Below, one piece after another: positions 9,409 through 18,786 of a DNA stretch of 64,000 bases; the stretch's first letter is position 1; every line of letters begins with the position of its first letter. A program made the translations under genes and the position numbers. A model generated the notes under the pieces. It was not told the origin of the DNA, did not search any database, and was given only the letters and a program-made list of their open reading frames with translations. The stretch is from an uncultured Gemmatimonadales bacterium (GTDB taxonomy: Bacteria; Gemmatimonadota; Gemmatimonadetes; Gemmatimonadales; Gemmatimonadaceae). The stretch covers positions 576,001-640,000 of the forward strand of contig CAWKMU010000004.1 of NCBI GenBank assembly GCA_963850905.1, given 5' to 3'.

Positions 9409-10656
9409 ATGGAAAGCCTCGAAGGGACGCAGTGTAGTGCCGCGCTGGCAGCGCAGCTGCGCGTCGCCCGCACGGATCTCGCTATGCGTTGGCTCGAACG
9501 CATCACGGCGCGCGCGTCCATCGGAGCGAATCACGTCTTCCCATCGGACGAGCTCCTCGACCATGTGCCGCTCGTCATCGGCGGAATCGCCGATTTCCTC
9601 GAGGATCCCGCCAAGGCGCTCGCAAGCCAGACCGGCGCCCTCGCCCGTGCAAGGGAACTTGGTGCGTTGCGGTACGCGCAAGGCTTTTCGCAACTCGAGA
9701 TCCACAAGGAGTACGAGCTTCTGGGCAGCATCCTGTTTGCCTTCCTCACGCGGGCGGCACGCGAGACGGATCCGCCCCCGGACAGCGACCAGATTTTGGC
9801 GTGCGCCCACCGGCTCTTCCAGGCAATTGCGGTCGTACAGCAAGCCACGACCACCCAGTTCGTGCAGGATATGACGGCGCAACTCACCGAGCGCGAAGGC
9901 CGGCTGCAGGCGTTTCACCGCGCCCTGACACACGAGATGCGCAACCGCCTGGGGGCTATCCTGGGCGCAGCACAGATCCTTGACCAACCCGGATTCGACG
10001 AGCAGCAGCGCGACGAGCTCGCGGGCGTCGTTGTCCGGAATGCTGAGGCCATGCGGGGGACGCTGGAGAACCTCCTGGAACTTTCCCGGGCGCACATCAT
10101 GCCGCGGCAGCAGCGACATGTACGGCTGCCTGCAGCCGCGACCGAGGCCGCGCGGCAACTCCGCGAGGCGTCCGAGCGCGCCGACGTAGTTGTCCGGGTC
10201 TCACCCATGCTGCCAGACGTCGAAGTCAATGCAGCCGCCGTCGAGCTCGTGCTCGCGAATTACCTGTCGAACGCCATCAAATACAGCGATTCGAGCGCGG
10301 GCGAGCGGTGGGTGGAAGTCCGTGCGCGATCGCCGTCCGGATCGTTGTCGGACCAATTCGAGCAAGTCGTTATCGAGGTGGCCGACAATGGACACGGAGT
10401 GCCCGAAGCCTCCCGAGACCGACTCTTCGAGCGCTTCTTTCGCGCGCACGAGGCGAGTCTGCCAGACATCGACGGGACGGGACTTGGGCTCAGCATCGTG
10501 CGCGAAACGGTCGCGGCGCTCGGGGGACGTACGTGGGCCGATTTCCCGGACGGTGGTGGGTCCATCTTCGCCTTTAGCGTCCCCTGTCGCCGAGTATCGG
10601 ACGTCGGTGCATCACTCCCTGCGACCGTTGAGCGCCAGACTTGGAGCGTCGGCTGA
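9409..10656 (+). CDS. Sensor histidine kinase with RsbRD-N-like N-terminal domain
   Basis: ARELGALRYAQGF...EY N-terminal motif; THEMRNRL H-box, NYLSNAIKY, DNGHGV, GTGLGL. Confidence 0.85.
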   Translation: MESLEGTQCSAALAAQLRVARTDLAMRWLERITARASIGANHVFPSDELLDHVPLVIGGIADFLEDPAKALASQTGALARARELGALRYAQGFSQLEIHKEYELLGSILFAFLTRAARETDPPPDSDQILACAHRLFQAIAVVQQATTTQFVQDMTAQLTEREGRLQAFHRALTHEMRNRLGAILGAAQILDQPGFDEQQRDELAGVVVRNAEAMRGTLENLLELSRAHIMPRQQRHVRLPAAATEAARQLREASERADVVVRVSPMLPDVEVNAAAVELVLANYLSNAIKYSDSSAGERWVEVRARSPSGSLSDQFEQVVIEVADNGHGVPEASRDRLFERFFRAHEASLPDIDGTGLGLSIVRETVAALGGRTWADFPDGGGSIFAFSVPCRRVSDVGASLPATVERQTWSVG

Positions 10657-10990
10657 CCCTTGCAATGGTGAGCTGGAGACGCCGCTCTGCCAACGTCGCA
10701 AAGTCTCGTTCCAATTCGCGATAGTCCCTGATCAAGGCCTCGCCAAATTCTGTGACGAGCATCCCGCCACCGGCCTTGCCGCCCTTGCTCGCCACCGTCA
10801 CGGGCTCCCGGAACGATTGCTTCAGACTCTCGACCAGGAGCCACGCCCGACGATAACTCATCCCAATGTTGCGCGCCCCTTTTGACAAAGAGCCGGCATC
10901 GCGAATGGCTTCGAGAAGCGAGATTTTTCCCGGCCCAACACTGGCATGTTCCCCAAAATCGATCCTGAATCGAACAACGAGACCAGCCAT
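10574..10990 (-). CDS. modE: ModE-family winged-helix regulator (short form, no TOBE domains)
   Basis: GPGKISLLEAIRDAGSLSKGARNIGMSYRRAWLLV...GGKAGGG signature. Confidence 0.85.
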   Translation of the reverse strand: MAGLVVRFRIDFGEHASVGPGKISLLEAIRDAGSLSKGARNIGMSYRRAWLLVESLKQSFREPVTVASKGGKAGGGMLVTEFGEALIRDYRELERDFATLAERRLQLTIARVSRRSKSGAQRSQGVMHRRPILGDRGR

Positions 10991-11132
10991 AGAAGCTCCT
11001 CCCTGGCGACATCACATCGAAGGCGAGCCAACGTACACCGTCTGGAAAATGGAGCTGCCCCGCTTCCCTGGAGAGATTAGCGTCTCTGCCAGCTCGCCCC
11101 CATAGGGACTTTGCGCTTTACGGCACAGCGGT

Positions 11133-11155
11133 GTTATATACGGCCAGATATAACG
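11133..11155. promoter_or_regulatory. ModE-type operator
   Basis: GTTATATA-cggccag-ATATAACG, an AT-rich palindrome matching the CGTTATATA-N-TATATAACG type of ModE box, between modE and the porin. Confidence 0.75.
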
Positions 11156-11202
11156 CGTTCTGACATGTCTCCGCTGTGACGCTTTCGACCGGGGAAAGTG
11201 TA

Positions 11203-12762
11203 ATGCGATCTGTCTCGTCGTTCGCCATTGCGGCGCTTGCGTCTACGTTCGTTGTGCATCCTGCGGCGCGCGCGCAAAACCTTCCAACCTCCCAGCCCGC
11301 TGCCGCCGCTCAACCCACCCCGGGAGGTTGCACGAGTGCTCAGGAGTTCTTCGCCACCGATTGCCCCCTGACTTGGCACGGCATCACCCTGTACGGCGCC
11401 TACGACGTCGGCGTGGGCTGGGTCAGCCACGGCATGCCGGAAAACGGCTACAACTATGAAGGTGAATCGCTGGTGAACCGGAACGGCAATCACTCGCAAT
11501 TCCTCATTGCGCCGAACAACCTCCAGCAGACGGGTCTCGGCATCAGGGGCAAGGAAGAGCTTGTCCACGACTGGTTCGTTGTCTTCAACGCGTCGACTGG
11601 CATCAATCCACAGTCCGGCCAGCTCGCCAGCGCGCCAGCCACCATGGCCGCCAACGCCGGCCTTCCCAGGAACAGCTATTCGGCCACTATCGACGGCTCG
11701 CGCGGCGGCCAACCGTTCAATGATGAATTCTACGGCGGTATATCCGCGACGCATTTCGGCACGCTGACCCTCGGTCGCCAGCGCTCCCTCGGTACCGATG
11801 CGATGCTCCAATACGACCCGGCCGGCGGTGGCTACGCCTTCTCGTACATCGGGTATAACGGCACGATGGCCGGCGCCGGTGACACCCAGGACGCCCGTTG
11901 GGACAACGCCCTGAAATATCGCCTCATCTATGGTCAGGTGCATTTCGGCGCGATGTACAAAATCGCCGATGGCTCTGGTGGCTGCTACTCCGCCGCCGCA
12001 ATCTGGACTGCGGCCACCTGTACGCCGGAACAGCCGCACAACACCGCCTATGGATTCAATCTCGGTGGAGAGTACCACAAATTGTCCGCCGACGTCGTCT
12101 ATCAGCATTACAACCAGGCGATCAGTGTTCTGAATCCCTTGCTGGGACCGCAGAGTCTGTCGGCGCCATATCAGTCGACCCTCAACAGCATCAACACAAA
12201 CCCGATCACCGGCGCCAATGTGATTGCGACGACCAACACCGTCTATGGCATCGTGACCGACAACGCCGCCCTCATGGCCGCGGTCAAATATGCCTGGGAC
12301 CAGTTCAAGTTCTACGGCGGCTACGAATACATCTGGCAGAACAACCCGTCCAACCCGTTGGGCATCGGCGCCTCGGCGCAGGGTGGTTACCTGTTGAGCG
12401 GCGTCGAGGACAACAATCTGGATTCTCAAAAGCTCGTGCAGGTCTGGTGGGTGGGCGTGAAATACGCTTTCGACAGCAGAACCGACATCACCTTGTCCTA
12501 CTACAATCAGCTGCAGAACGACTTTCGTATACCGCCGACCTGCTCGGCCGCCGCCGGGTTCCGCAGCTCCTGCGCGGGTACTCTCAACGAGGTGTCACTC
12601 TACGGGGATCATCATTTCACCAAGCGCGTCGACGCGTACGCCGGCATCACGTATTCCGACGTCAGCGGCGGCCTGGCCATCGCCATTCCTCACGGCCCCG
12701 GCGTCCCCTTCCTTTACAATGACAACGTTGCTCCGGTACTCGGCGTTCGGTTCGCCTTCTGA
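11203..12762 (+). CDS. Outer-membrane porin (Gram-negative porin type)
   Basis: Signal peptide, ITLYGAYDVG, GLGIRGKEEL, FGTLTLGRQ, RWDNALKY, C-terminal GVRFAF beta-signal. Confidence 0.85.
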   Translation: MRSVSSFAIAALASTFVVHPAARAQNLPTSQPAAAAQPTPGGCTSAQEFFATDCPLTWHGITLYGAYDVGVGWVSHGMPENGYNYEGESLVNRNGNHSQFLIAPNNLQQTGLGIRGKEELVHDWFVVFNASTGINPQSGQLASAPATMAANAGLPRNSYSATIDGSRGGQPFNDEFYGGISATHFGTLTLGRQRSLGTDAMLQYDPAGGGYAFSYIGYNGTMAGAGDTQDARWDNALKYRLIYGQVHFGAMYKIADGSGGCYSAAAIWTAATCTPEQPHNTAYGFNLGGEYHKLSADVVYQHYNQAISVLNPLLGPQSLSAPYQSTLNSINTNPITGANVIATTNTVYGIVTDNAALMAAVKYAWDQFKFYGGYEYIWQNNPSNPLGIGASAQGGYLLSGVEDNNLDSQKLVQVWWVGVKYAFDSRTDITLSYYNQLQNDFRIPPTCSAAAGFRSSCAGTLNEVSLYGDHHFTKRVDAYAGITYSDVSGGLAIAIPHGPGVPFLYNDNVAPVLGVRFAF

Positions 12763-12766
12763 TCGA

Positions 12767-12792
12767 GACGCTAGACGCTGGACGCTAGACGC
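12767..12792 (+). repeat. Heptamer tandem repeat (GACGCTR)n
   Basis: GACGCTA GACGCTG GACGCTA GACGC. Confidence 0.6.
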
Positions 12793-13324
12793 GGGGCCCT
12801 GCACACAGGGCGACCTCAAAATGGACTTCATGACCAAGCAGCAGGAGCGCTCCGTCCGCGAGGCTGTGTGTGCGCAGCCCCCACGCCTTGCGGTCCAATT
12901 CGCCGCGCACTAACCCGCGATACCACTGACCATCAATCGCGAGCGGTTCCCACGTTCCGCGCTCGGCTCCGAGGACGAAAACGTGTTCCTGGCCGTGCAG
13001 CCGGAGCACCCCGTCCAGTTGATTGCGCCCCGCGGTTGCGCCTCGTGCCCACTGTGTCTCGAACTCAACGAGTGGATGTGACTCCGTCCCGAACAGCCCT
13101 CGCGTGTCGTGATCATTGAGTGGCGCCTCGAACGCAACGCGCATCGCGTCCAATTGGAAATTCGCCGTGCGCACCCCGTTATCCGCGTCGATCACGAGGG
13201 TCCCCCCGGTCAGTGGGAGCGTGCCCCGAAGTACTGGCACGCCCATGGCATGCAGGTGGAACCGTGCTACACTGCGCACGGGGTCGACGGCGTACGAGTC
13301 ACCGTCCTTATAGTATGATGGCAT
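12785..13324 (-). CDS. YceI-family lipid/polyisoprenoid-binding protein
   Basis: YAVDPVRSVARF, HPLVEF, LDGVLRLHG, LDRKAWGL, LGHEVHFEV. Confidence 0.7.
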   Translation of the reverse strand: MPSYYKDGDSYAVDPVRSVARFHLHAMGVPVLRGTLPLTGGTLVIDADNGVRTANFQLDAMRVAFEAPLNDHDTRGLFGTESHPLVEFETQWARGATAGRNQLDGVLRLHGQEHVFVLGAERGTWEPLAIDGQWYRGLVRGELDRKAWGLRTHSLADGALLLLGHEVHFEVALCAGPRV

Positions 13325-13565
13325 GGAGTCACCGGTCTTTCGTCGAGGGGCATCTGGCGACGAGCCATTGCGGCTCGCGCAAGGATACGGATTGCCGAGA
13401 CCGCCCATGACGCGGCGCCAGCGGCTCGGCCTCGGTGGTCAGCTCGTGAGGATCATCGCTAGGAAGTCGCTCACGAGAAGACTAGTTCCCGCCCAAGCTC
13501 CGTGTCTCCTTTGTCCTTTCTCCATCGCTCCTCTCTAATTTTGGCCGCCGTGCGGCCACAAATCC

Positions 13566-14114
13566 CTACTTCGCGTCAGTCAGCCGTTCTCGCATCGTCC
13601 GGTAACGTTGAAGCGCACCATCAATAATGGGGAATGCTTTCTCCGCCGGTTGAATCGCATCCACCTCGACCGCCTTCCCTTCGAGTTGCTTGTAATCTTG
13701 AAAGAAGCGGCGCAGCATGAGCAGGCGATGCGGCGGCATGTCCGCGGCCTCACGATACCCATCAAATTCGGGATCAGCCGTGGCGACCGCAATGATTTTG
13801 TGGTCCATCTTCCCGGTATCGATCATGGCCATGAGGCCAATCGTGCGCGCCTTCACCAGCGTGAGGGGCACGACACTCTCCTGGCAGAGAACCAGCACAT
13901 CGAGCGGATCATCGTCTTCTGCCAACGTCTGCGGAATGAACCCGTAGTTGGCGGGATAATACACGGCCGAATACAAGACACGATCCATCTTGATCAGCCC
14001 GCTCGCCTTGTCCAGCTCGTACTTGACGCTCGAGTGCAAGGGAATTTCGATCACCGCGGTGAACTCTTGCGGCAGGCCGTCCCCCGGGGAGATGTCGTGC
14101 CAGGCGTGCGCCAC
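13566..14114 (-). CDS. ppa: Family I soluble inorganic pyrophosphatase
   Basis: KYELDK, YPANYGFIPQTLAEDDDPLDVLV, DHKII, FFQDYKQLEGK; GTG start after GGAGG. Confidence 0.95.
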   Translation of the reverse strand: MAHAWHDISPGDGLPQEFTAVIEIPLHSSVKYELDKASGLIKMDRVLYSAVYYPANYGFIPQTLAEDDDPLDVLVLCQESVVPLTLVKARTIGLMAMIDTGKMDHKIIAVATADPEFDGYREAADMPPHRLLMLRRFFQDYKQLEGKAVEVDAIQPAEKAFPIIDGALQRYRTMRERLTDAK

Positions 14115-14253
14115 CTGAACCTCCGGTTTTGGCAATCATTAACTTTATAAAGGTGAGGTCAGCCGCGCGCGCGCCTTTGCGCGTTATTCTGATTCGCCAT
14201 CTCTCGACGTAGCGCTCGTTCGCGCAGTTTGGCCAACAGAGGGGAGCAAACTC

Positions 14254-14865
14254 ATGGATCGCGTCCTCGACCTGTGGTCTGACGTCGTTTGACCCTTTTG
14301 CTACCTCGGCTCGGTCTGGGCCGAAGCAGCTGCACGAGAACTCCAAGCGACGCTACGCGTGCTTCCGTTCGAGTTGCACCCGGAGACGCCGCCCCAAGGA
14401 GCACCGAAGCCAATTCCACCCGCGGCCTGGCCGCAGGTCCGCCGGCGTCTTGAGGGACTGGCGCGTGAGGTCGGTCTCCCGATCGATCCACCGGATCGGA
14501 ACGTCAACTCCCGCTTTGCGCTCGAGACCGCGGAGCTCGTGCGCGCCAAGCGCGGCGACGGCGCCGCCGGCGCCTTTCATCACGACGTCTCGCGCGCCTT
14601 CTTCACGCAGCGCGCCGACATCGCGAAACGCAATGTCATCATTCCCATCGCCGAAGGCCATGGCGTCTCCGCGTCGGACGTCGACGACGCGTGGCGGGAA
14701 CGCCGGTTTCGCCAGGGTGTCGACGCGTTCGTTGAGCAAGCGCGCATGGCCGGCGTCACCGGTGTGCCGGCGATGGCCTGGCCGAATCAGCGCGCCATCC
14801 TCGGCATGATGCGCCCCGAAGACCTCGTCGTACGCCTAGGCGACCAACCAGCCTTGGACCGGTAG
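14254..14865 (+). CDS. DsbA/FrnE-like thiol-disulfide oxidoreductase, probable selenoprotein (UxxC)
   Basis: ATG 14254 after GGGGAG RBS gives MDRVLDLWSDVV*PFCYLG in frame with PFELHP...GVTGVP; in-frame TGA at 14290-14292. Confidence 0.85.
14299..14330 (+). promoter_or_regulatory. Bacterial SECIS-like hairpin
   Basis: TCGGCTC-GGTCT-GGGCCGA stem-loop starting 13 nt after the UGA, with a GGUCU loop. Confidence 0.7.
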
Positions 14866-14876
14866 GGGCGAACCAT

Positions 14877-15476
14877 TCAGAAGGCCCGCGGATCGAGCAC
14901 GCTGCCAGTTTGCTTCCCTTCCACACTTGCCACGTAGGCCCGAGCTACATCAGCGGCAGGTTGCCCGGCACTTGGATCCTGCCCGCGAGCGCGCAGTGTC
15001 TCGGATACCGACGTCGGGCTGACGACATTGATGCGTTGCCCCCGCGGCAACTCGAGCGCTGCCGAGCGCGCGAATCCCTCGAGCCCCGCGTTGACCAGAC
15101 TGACGGCGGCCGCGCTTCGCGCTCCCTCCCGAGCCAATGAGCCCGCCGTGATGGTGAACGAGCCGCCGTCGGTGACCGAGGCAATGCCCAACCGCACGAG
15201 GTTCACCTGTCCCATCAGCTTGCTGTTCAGGCTGAGGGAAAAATCGGCATCGGTGAGTTCAGCCAGCGGCTTGAACGCTACCAGTCCGGCGGCGCAGACC
15301 ATGGCGTCGACGCGCCCGACCCGAGCGTACAACGCACGGATCGATGCGGGGTCGCTGATGTTCACCTGCTCAGCCGTGTCGCGATTGCTCGCGAGGACGA
15401 GGTCGTGCCGGCCCGCGAGAGCCGCAACAATCGCTCGACCAATGGTGCCGCTCGCACCAACGATGAGTATGCGCAT
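14877..15476 (-). CDS. Short-chain dehydrogenase/reductase
   Basis: GASGTIG Rossmann motif, SKLMGQVNL, RINVVSP. Confidence 0.9.
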   Translation of the reverse strand: MRILIVGASGTIGRAIVAALAGRHDLVLASNRDTAEQVNISDPASIRALYARVGRVDAMVCAAGLVAFKPLAELTDADFSLSLNSKLMGQVNLVRLGIASVTDGGSFTITAGSLAREGARSAAAVSLVNAGLEGFARSAALELPRGQRINVVSPTSVSETLRARGQDPSAGQPAADVARAYVASVEGKQTGSVLDPRAF

Positions 15477-15709
15477 GGAGGGCGAATCCCCTCAACGGTG
15501 ACAGGGTTCCACAAAGCCAACTCGATCCAAGCTGACTGCGCGAACGCTTCGCCGGCCGTTGCTTGCATCTCATCCTAGAACCAGCTGAGATGCTCGGCCC
15601 CCAATCATAGGCTCGTCGCGAGGCACACTCATCTATCCCTACGCCAGGGCAATGGGACGTGTCTCACGTCAGTTTGGCGACACGCGGAGCATCTGAACGC
15701 TTCAGTCAC

Positions 15710-16594
15710 TCAGTAGGGTGCGACCGGCGAGTCGGAGGCGAGAAACTCTTGCGCCTGGTGCGCAAAGCTCTCGTGAAATTGGAACAAGGAGCCGTGCCCA
15801 GCGTCGGGATAGGTCATCAGAACGGCGTTGGGCAGGGTCTCGCTCAGCCAGTACGAGTTGCGCACTGGAATCATCTCGTCGTGCACTCCGTTGACGACGA
15901 GCGTTGGCTGACGAATGCCCTTCAGCGTCGCGAAACGCTCCCCGGTGAATTGCTCCCACTCCCGAAATGCGGCGATTTGCGCTCGGGCCACCTCTGGCCC
16001 TGACACAGCGTCCCGATCCTCCCGTCGTTGTGCGAGCCTCCCAATGAAAGCCGCGCCAGCTGCCTGGCTCGACTCCGTGGGCGCGAAGAAGATCTTCTGC
16101 AACGGCGAGTATCCTTGCAGTTTGGGATCGTTCAGGTACTTGGCCAAGCTGGGCTTCTCAAGGTGCATGATATCCTCTCCACCGCGCGGCCCGGTGCCGA
16201 CGAGGATCATGCGCCGGAAGATCGAAGGGCGATCCAGCACCAGCTGCTGCGCGACCATCCCACCCAGTGAGTACCCGAGAACGTCGCACGAATTCAACCC
16301 CAGGGCGTCCAGAAACGCCGACGCATGCGCTGCCATGCCGGCTATCGTTTCCGGTACCGTGCCGCTGGATCGGCCTACACCCGCATTATCGAAAAGAATG
16401 AGCTCGCGGCCGGCAGCAAGTGCATCGGTGACCGCGGGGTCCCAGTTGTCGAGCGTCCCCGTGAAGTGCTGCAGACACAACAGGGGAAGTGCGCTGGTGC
16501 GGCCGAACCGGCGATACGCGTATCGCTCGCCGTTGGCCTGCAGGAACAGCGTCGGCGCGGTGATTGTGCTATCGCCCACCGCCGGTGAGGTCAT
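15710..16594 (-). CDS. Alpha/beta hydrolase
   Basis: GYSLGG nucleophile elbow, DAGHG. Confidence 0.9.
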   Translation of the reverse strand: MTSPAVGDSTITAPTLFLQANGERYAYRRFGRTSALPLLCLQHFTGTLDNWDPAVTDALAAGRELILFDNAGVGRSSGTVPETIAGMAAHASAFLDALGLNSCDVLGYSLGGMVAQQLVLDRPSIFRRMILVGTGPRGGEDIMHLEKPSLAKYLNDPKLQGYSPLQKIFFAPTESSQAAGAAFIGRLAQRREDRDAVSGPEVARAQIAAFREWEQFTGERFATLKGIRQPTLVVNGVHDEMIPVRNSYWLSETLPNAVLMTYPDAGHGSLFQFHESFAHQAQEFLASDSPVAPY

Positions 16595-16658
16595 TGTGGC
16601 TCCATCTCTCCAGTCCCCGTAGGAATCGGTCTCTGACTCACATGCCTGAGCGTTTACT

Positions 16659-17561
16659 TCATGACTTGAACGCGCGCGCCGAGCTCCAGAGCGCCCATCC
16701 GGGATTGACCCGGTTCGGGTAGAGCGCCAGCATCCGGTCGTACAGCTCTTGTGCGGTTGTCGTCTGCTCCACCAGCCGATCGAAATCGCGGATGTACTGC
16801 CGGGTCTCTTCGATGATCCGGGGATTGTCCTCGTTTTCGGGTCGCTTGTGTGACGCGACGACTGCGCGCGGCTTGAGCGACTCTATTTTGTCGAGCGCGG
16901 CGATCCATTGCCGTCGCGTCTGCGGATTGGACTCGGCCAAATAGAGATGCACGTCGTTGTAGGCGGCATCGCCCGCGACCACCAGTCCGATGGAAGGGAC
17001 ATTCAGACACGTCGTATCATCGGTGTCGGTGTGTCCAAGCTCCACGGCCACCAATTCCTGCCCTTCGAGGTCAATGATGTTCCGCTCGAGTTCCTCCGCG
17101 ATCACCAGCTTGTCTGGAATCTGGCCTGGAAAGCCCACCTTCCAGACAGTCTCCAGGACCTCCGGGGAGGCGTGCCGGCGCATTTGTTTGACTGCGTCGG
17201 GCGTAGCGACCACTCGAGCCTTCGGGAAACGCTCGAGCAGCGTGCCAGCGCCGAACCAATGGTCTCCGTGACCATGGGTGATGTAGATGGTTGTCAGGTT
17301 CTTGCCTTTCGTCGCAACCCAATCGGCTAGACTGTTGGCCTGCCTGACCGTCATGAAGGCGTCCACGAGAACCGCGTCCCGCGCGCCATAAATGAGAGTT
17401 GACGCCGTGGCCTGAAAAAATGTCTCTCTGACGCCCGGGGGCTTGTCACGAGTGACAATGGGTATGCCTGGCGTCACGAACACGTCCCAACTCAGAGAAG
17501 TGCGTGTTGCATCCGGCACGCCGTCAACGGCGTGCGCCGGGGTAGCCTGAGTCACTGACAT
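16659..17561 (-). CDS. MBL-fold metallo-hydrolase
   Basis: THGHGDHWFG, GHTD, VAGD, SH motifs; AGGAGG RBS. Confidence 0.9.
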   Translation of the reverse strand: MSVTQATPAHAVDGVPDATRTSLSWDVFVTPGIPIVTRDKPPGVRETFFQATASTLIYGARDAVLVDAFMTVRQANSLADWVATKGKNLTTIYITHGHGDHWFGAGTLLERFPKARVVATPDAVKQMRRHASPEVLETVWKVGFPGQIPDKLVIAEELERNIIDLEGQELVAVELGHTDTDDTTCLNVPSIGLVVAGDAAYNDVHLYLAESNPQTRRQWIAALDKIESLKPRAVVASHKRPENEDNPRIIEETRQYIRDFDRLVEQTTTAQELYDRMLALYPNRVNPGWALWSSARAFKS

Positions 17562-17654
17562 CTTCACCTCCTGTCTGCTTGGTGCCTCGACGCGCGCTGC
17601 CGGCGCGCCACCGGCTTCCGGTCGAAAGGCGATCGTCGGCGACGTGCTCGTGAG

Positions 17655-18130
17655 CTATGCTGGAACGGCGACGCCGCGAGCTCCTGTTACGCCTTTGGCT
17701 GCCGTCGCAGTCGAATCCTGCACGGTTTTCGCCGCGGCGCGGATAACGTCGATGACCACGTCGGGGTGCGATAGCATCGCGACGTGGCTGCTGTCGACCG
17801 CATGCGTGGTTGCACCCATGCGCTTCGCCAGGAAGCGTTCCAGGTCGGGGTGAACCGTGCGGTCCTGGTTGGCCACGATGTACCAACTGGGCTTTGACCG
17901 CCAGGCCACTCCCGGGGCATTCCGGCTGAATAGATCGGCGGCCGGCGCATAGTGTGTCGCCCAGACAAGCTTTTGCTCTTGCTCCGAGAGGTCTCCCGCG
18001 AAGCACACGACACCTTCTGGGCGCATCCAAAGACGCCCGTCCGCGAGCTCGACGTACTTGAACACGTCGGTGACAGGGAACTTCTCCTGCTGGCTCTGCG
18101 AGGTCTCGTCTGCATCAGGGGCAAGCGCAG
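17655..18130 (-). pseudogene. 5'-truncated alpha/beta hydrolase (C-terminal half only)
   Basis: ALAPDADET...KPSWYIVANQDRTVHP...SSHVAMLSHP present; N-terminal half with the GxSxG nucleophile absent. Confidence 0.7.
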
Positions 18131-18178
18131 GGCGAGTGTGCCACTGCCGCACCGTCTCCAGGACTCCCCGAGCGGCTG

Positions 18179-18424
18179 TTACTTCGGGCCGCCCTGCTCT
18201 TTCCACGCCTTGAACGTGTCACACCATTCGGCCGGCCACCGCGGCTCGCCGCTGCCCGCCGGAGGCATGTGCCCGCCCAACACGGCCTGGTATATCGCAT
18301 CAGCGTGAGCGAACACGCTGTCCCGATCGGAGAGATCCAGAGCCTTCCGCATATGGTCAACGTCCATATCGGTGAACATTGGGCGGATATCGGCCGCGAA
18401 ACTCAGACTGTCGTGCGGAAGCAT
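18179..18424 (-). CDS. Small conserved-looking hypothetical protein (cytochrome c-like pattern without CxxCH)
   Basis: SFAADIRPMF...HM...DL...GHMPP...W...FKAW; AAGGAG RBS. Confidence 0.65.
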   Translation of the reverse strand: MLPHDSLSFAADIRPMFTDMDVDHMRKALDLSDRDSVFAHADAIYQAVLGGHMPPAGSGEPRWPAEWCDTFKAWKEQGGPK

Positions 18425-18786
18425 GTGCGCTCCTTCTCTGCCGCATTGCCGAGTGGGCGAAGGAGTGAGTCAAGTGTGGTCGTGCTGCCTTGCGAGCGCC
18501 TCGAACCGACTGGCGTGGACGAAGCAGATGACGGCTGCGGGCACCAGAATACTATCGCAGATAGCGATAAGAGCGAAGCACTGCAGCGACCAATCGAGCT
18601 CGCCGAGTGTCTGATGGTGTCGCATCATCGGAGGCGGGACGAAGAACGAGACTGGGAGGCGGCTCAGCAGTATCTGGAGCGTGCCGTAGCACTCGATCAA
18701 GGCCCTTGCCGAGAGTGACTTTGAAGAGCCGCGCCGCGTTGGCCCAGGCCTGCGGCAACGCGGCGGGTTTTCTTGGTTGTGGCGGA

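Noticed and set aside
10995..11130. Possible Moco riboswitch between modE and the porin
   Set aside because: Only short hairpins visible; I cannot match the conserved motif by eye. An Infernal/Rfam search would be needed.
11134..12429. 431-aa minus-strand ORF (and many similar long antisense ORFs)
   Set aside because: Shadow of the porin on the opposite strand; high GC yields long stop-free antisense frames with no motifs.
18430..18780. Possible gene between the small protein and the cupredoxin
   Set aside because: Overlapping ORFs on both strands without motifs or a clear start; cannot be supported.
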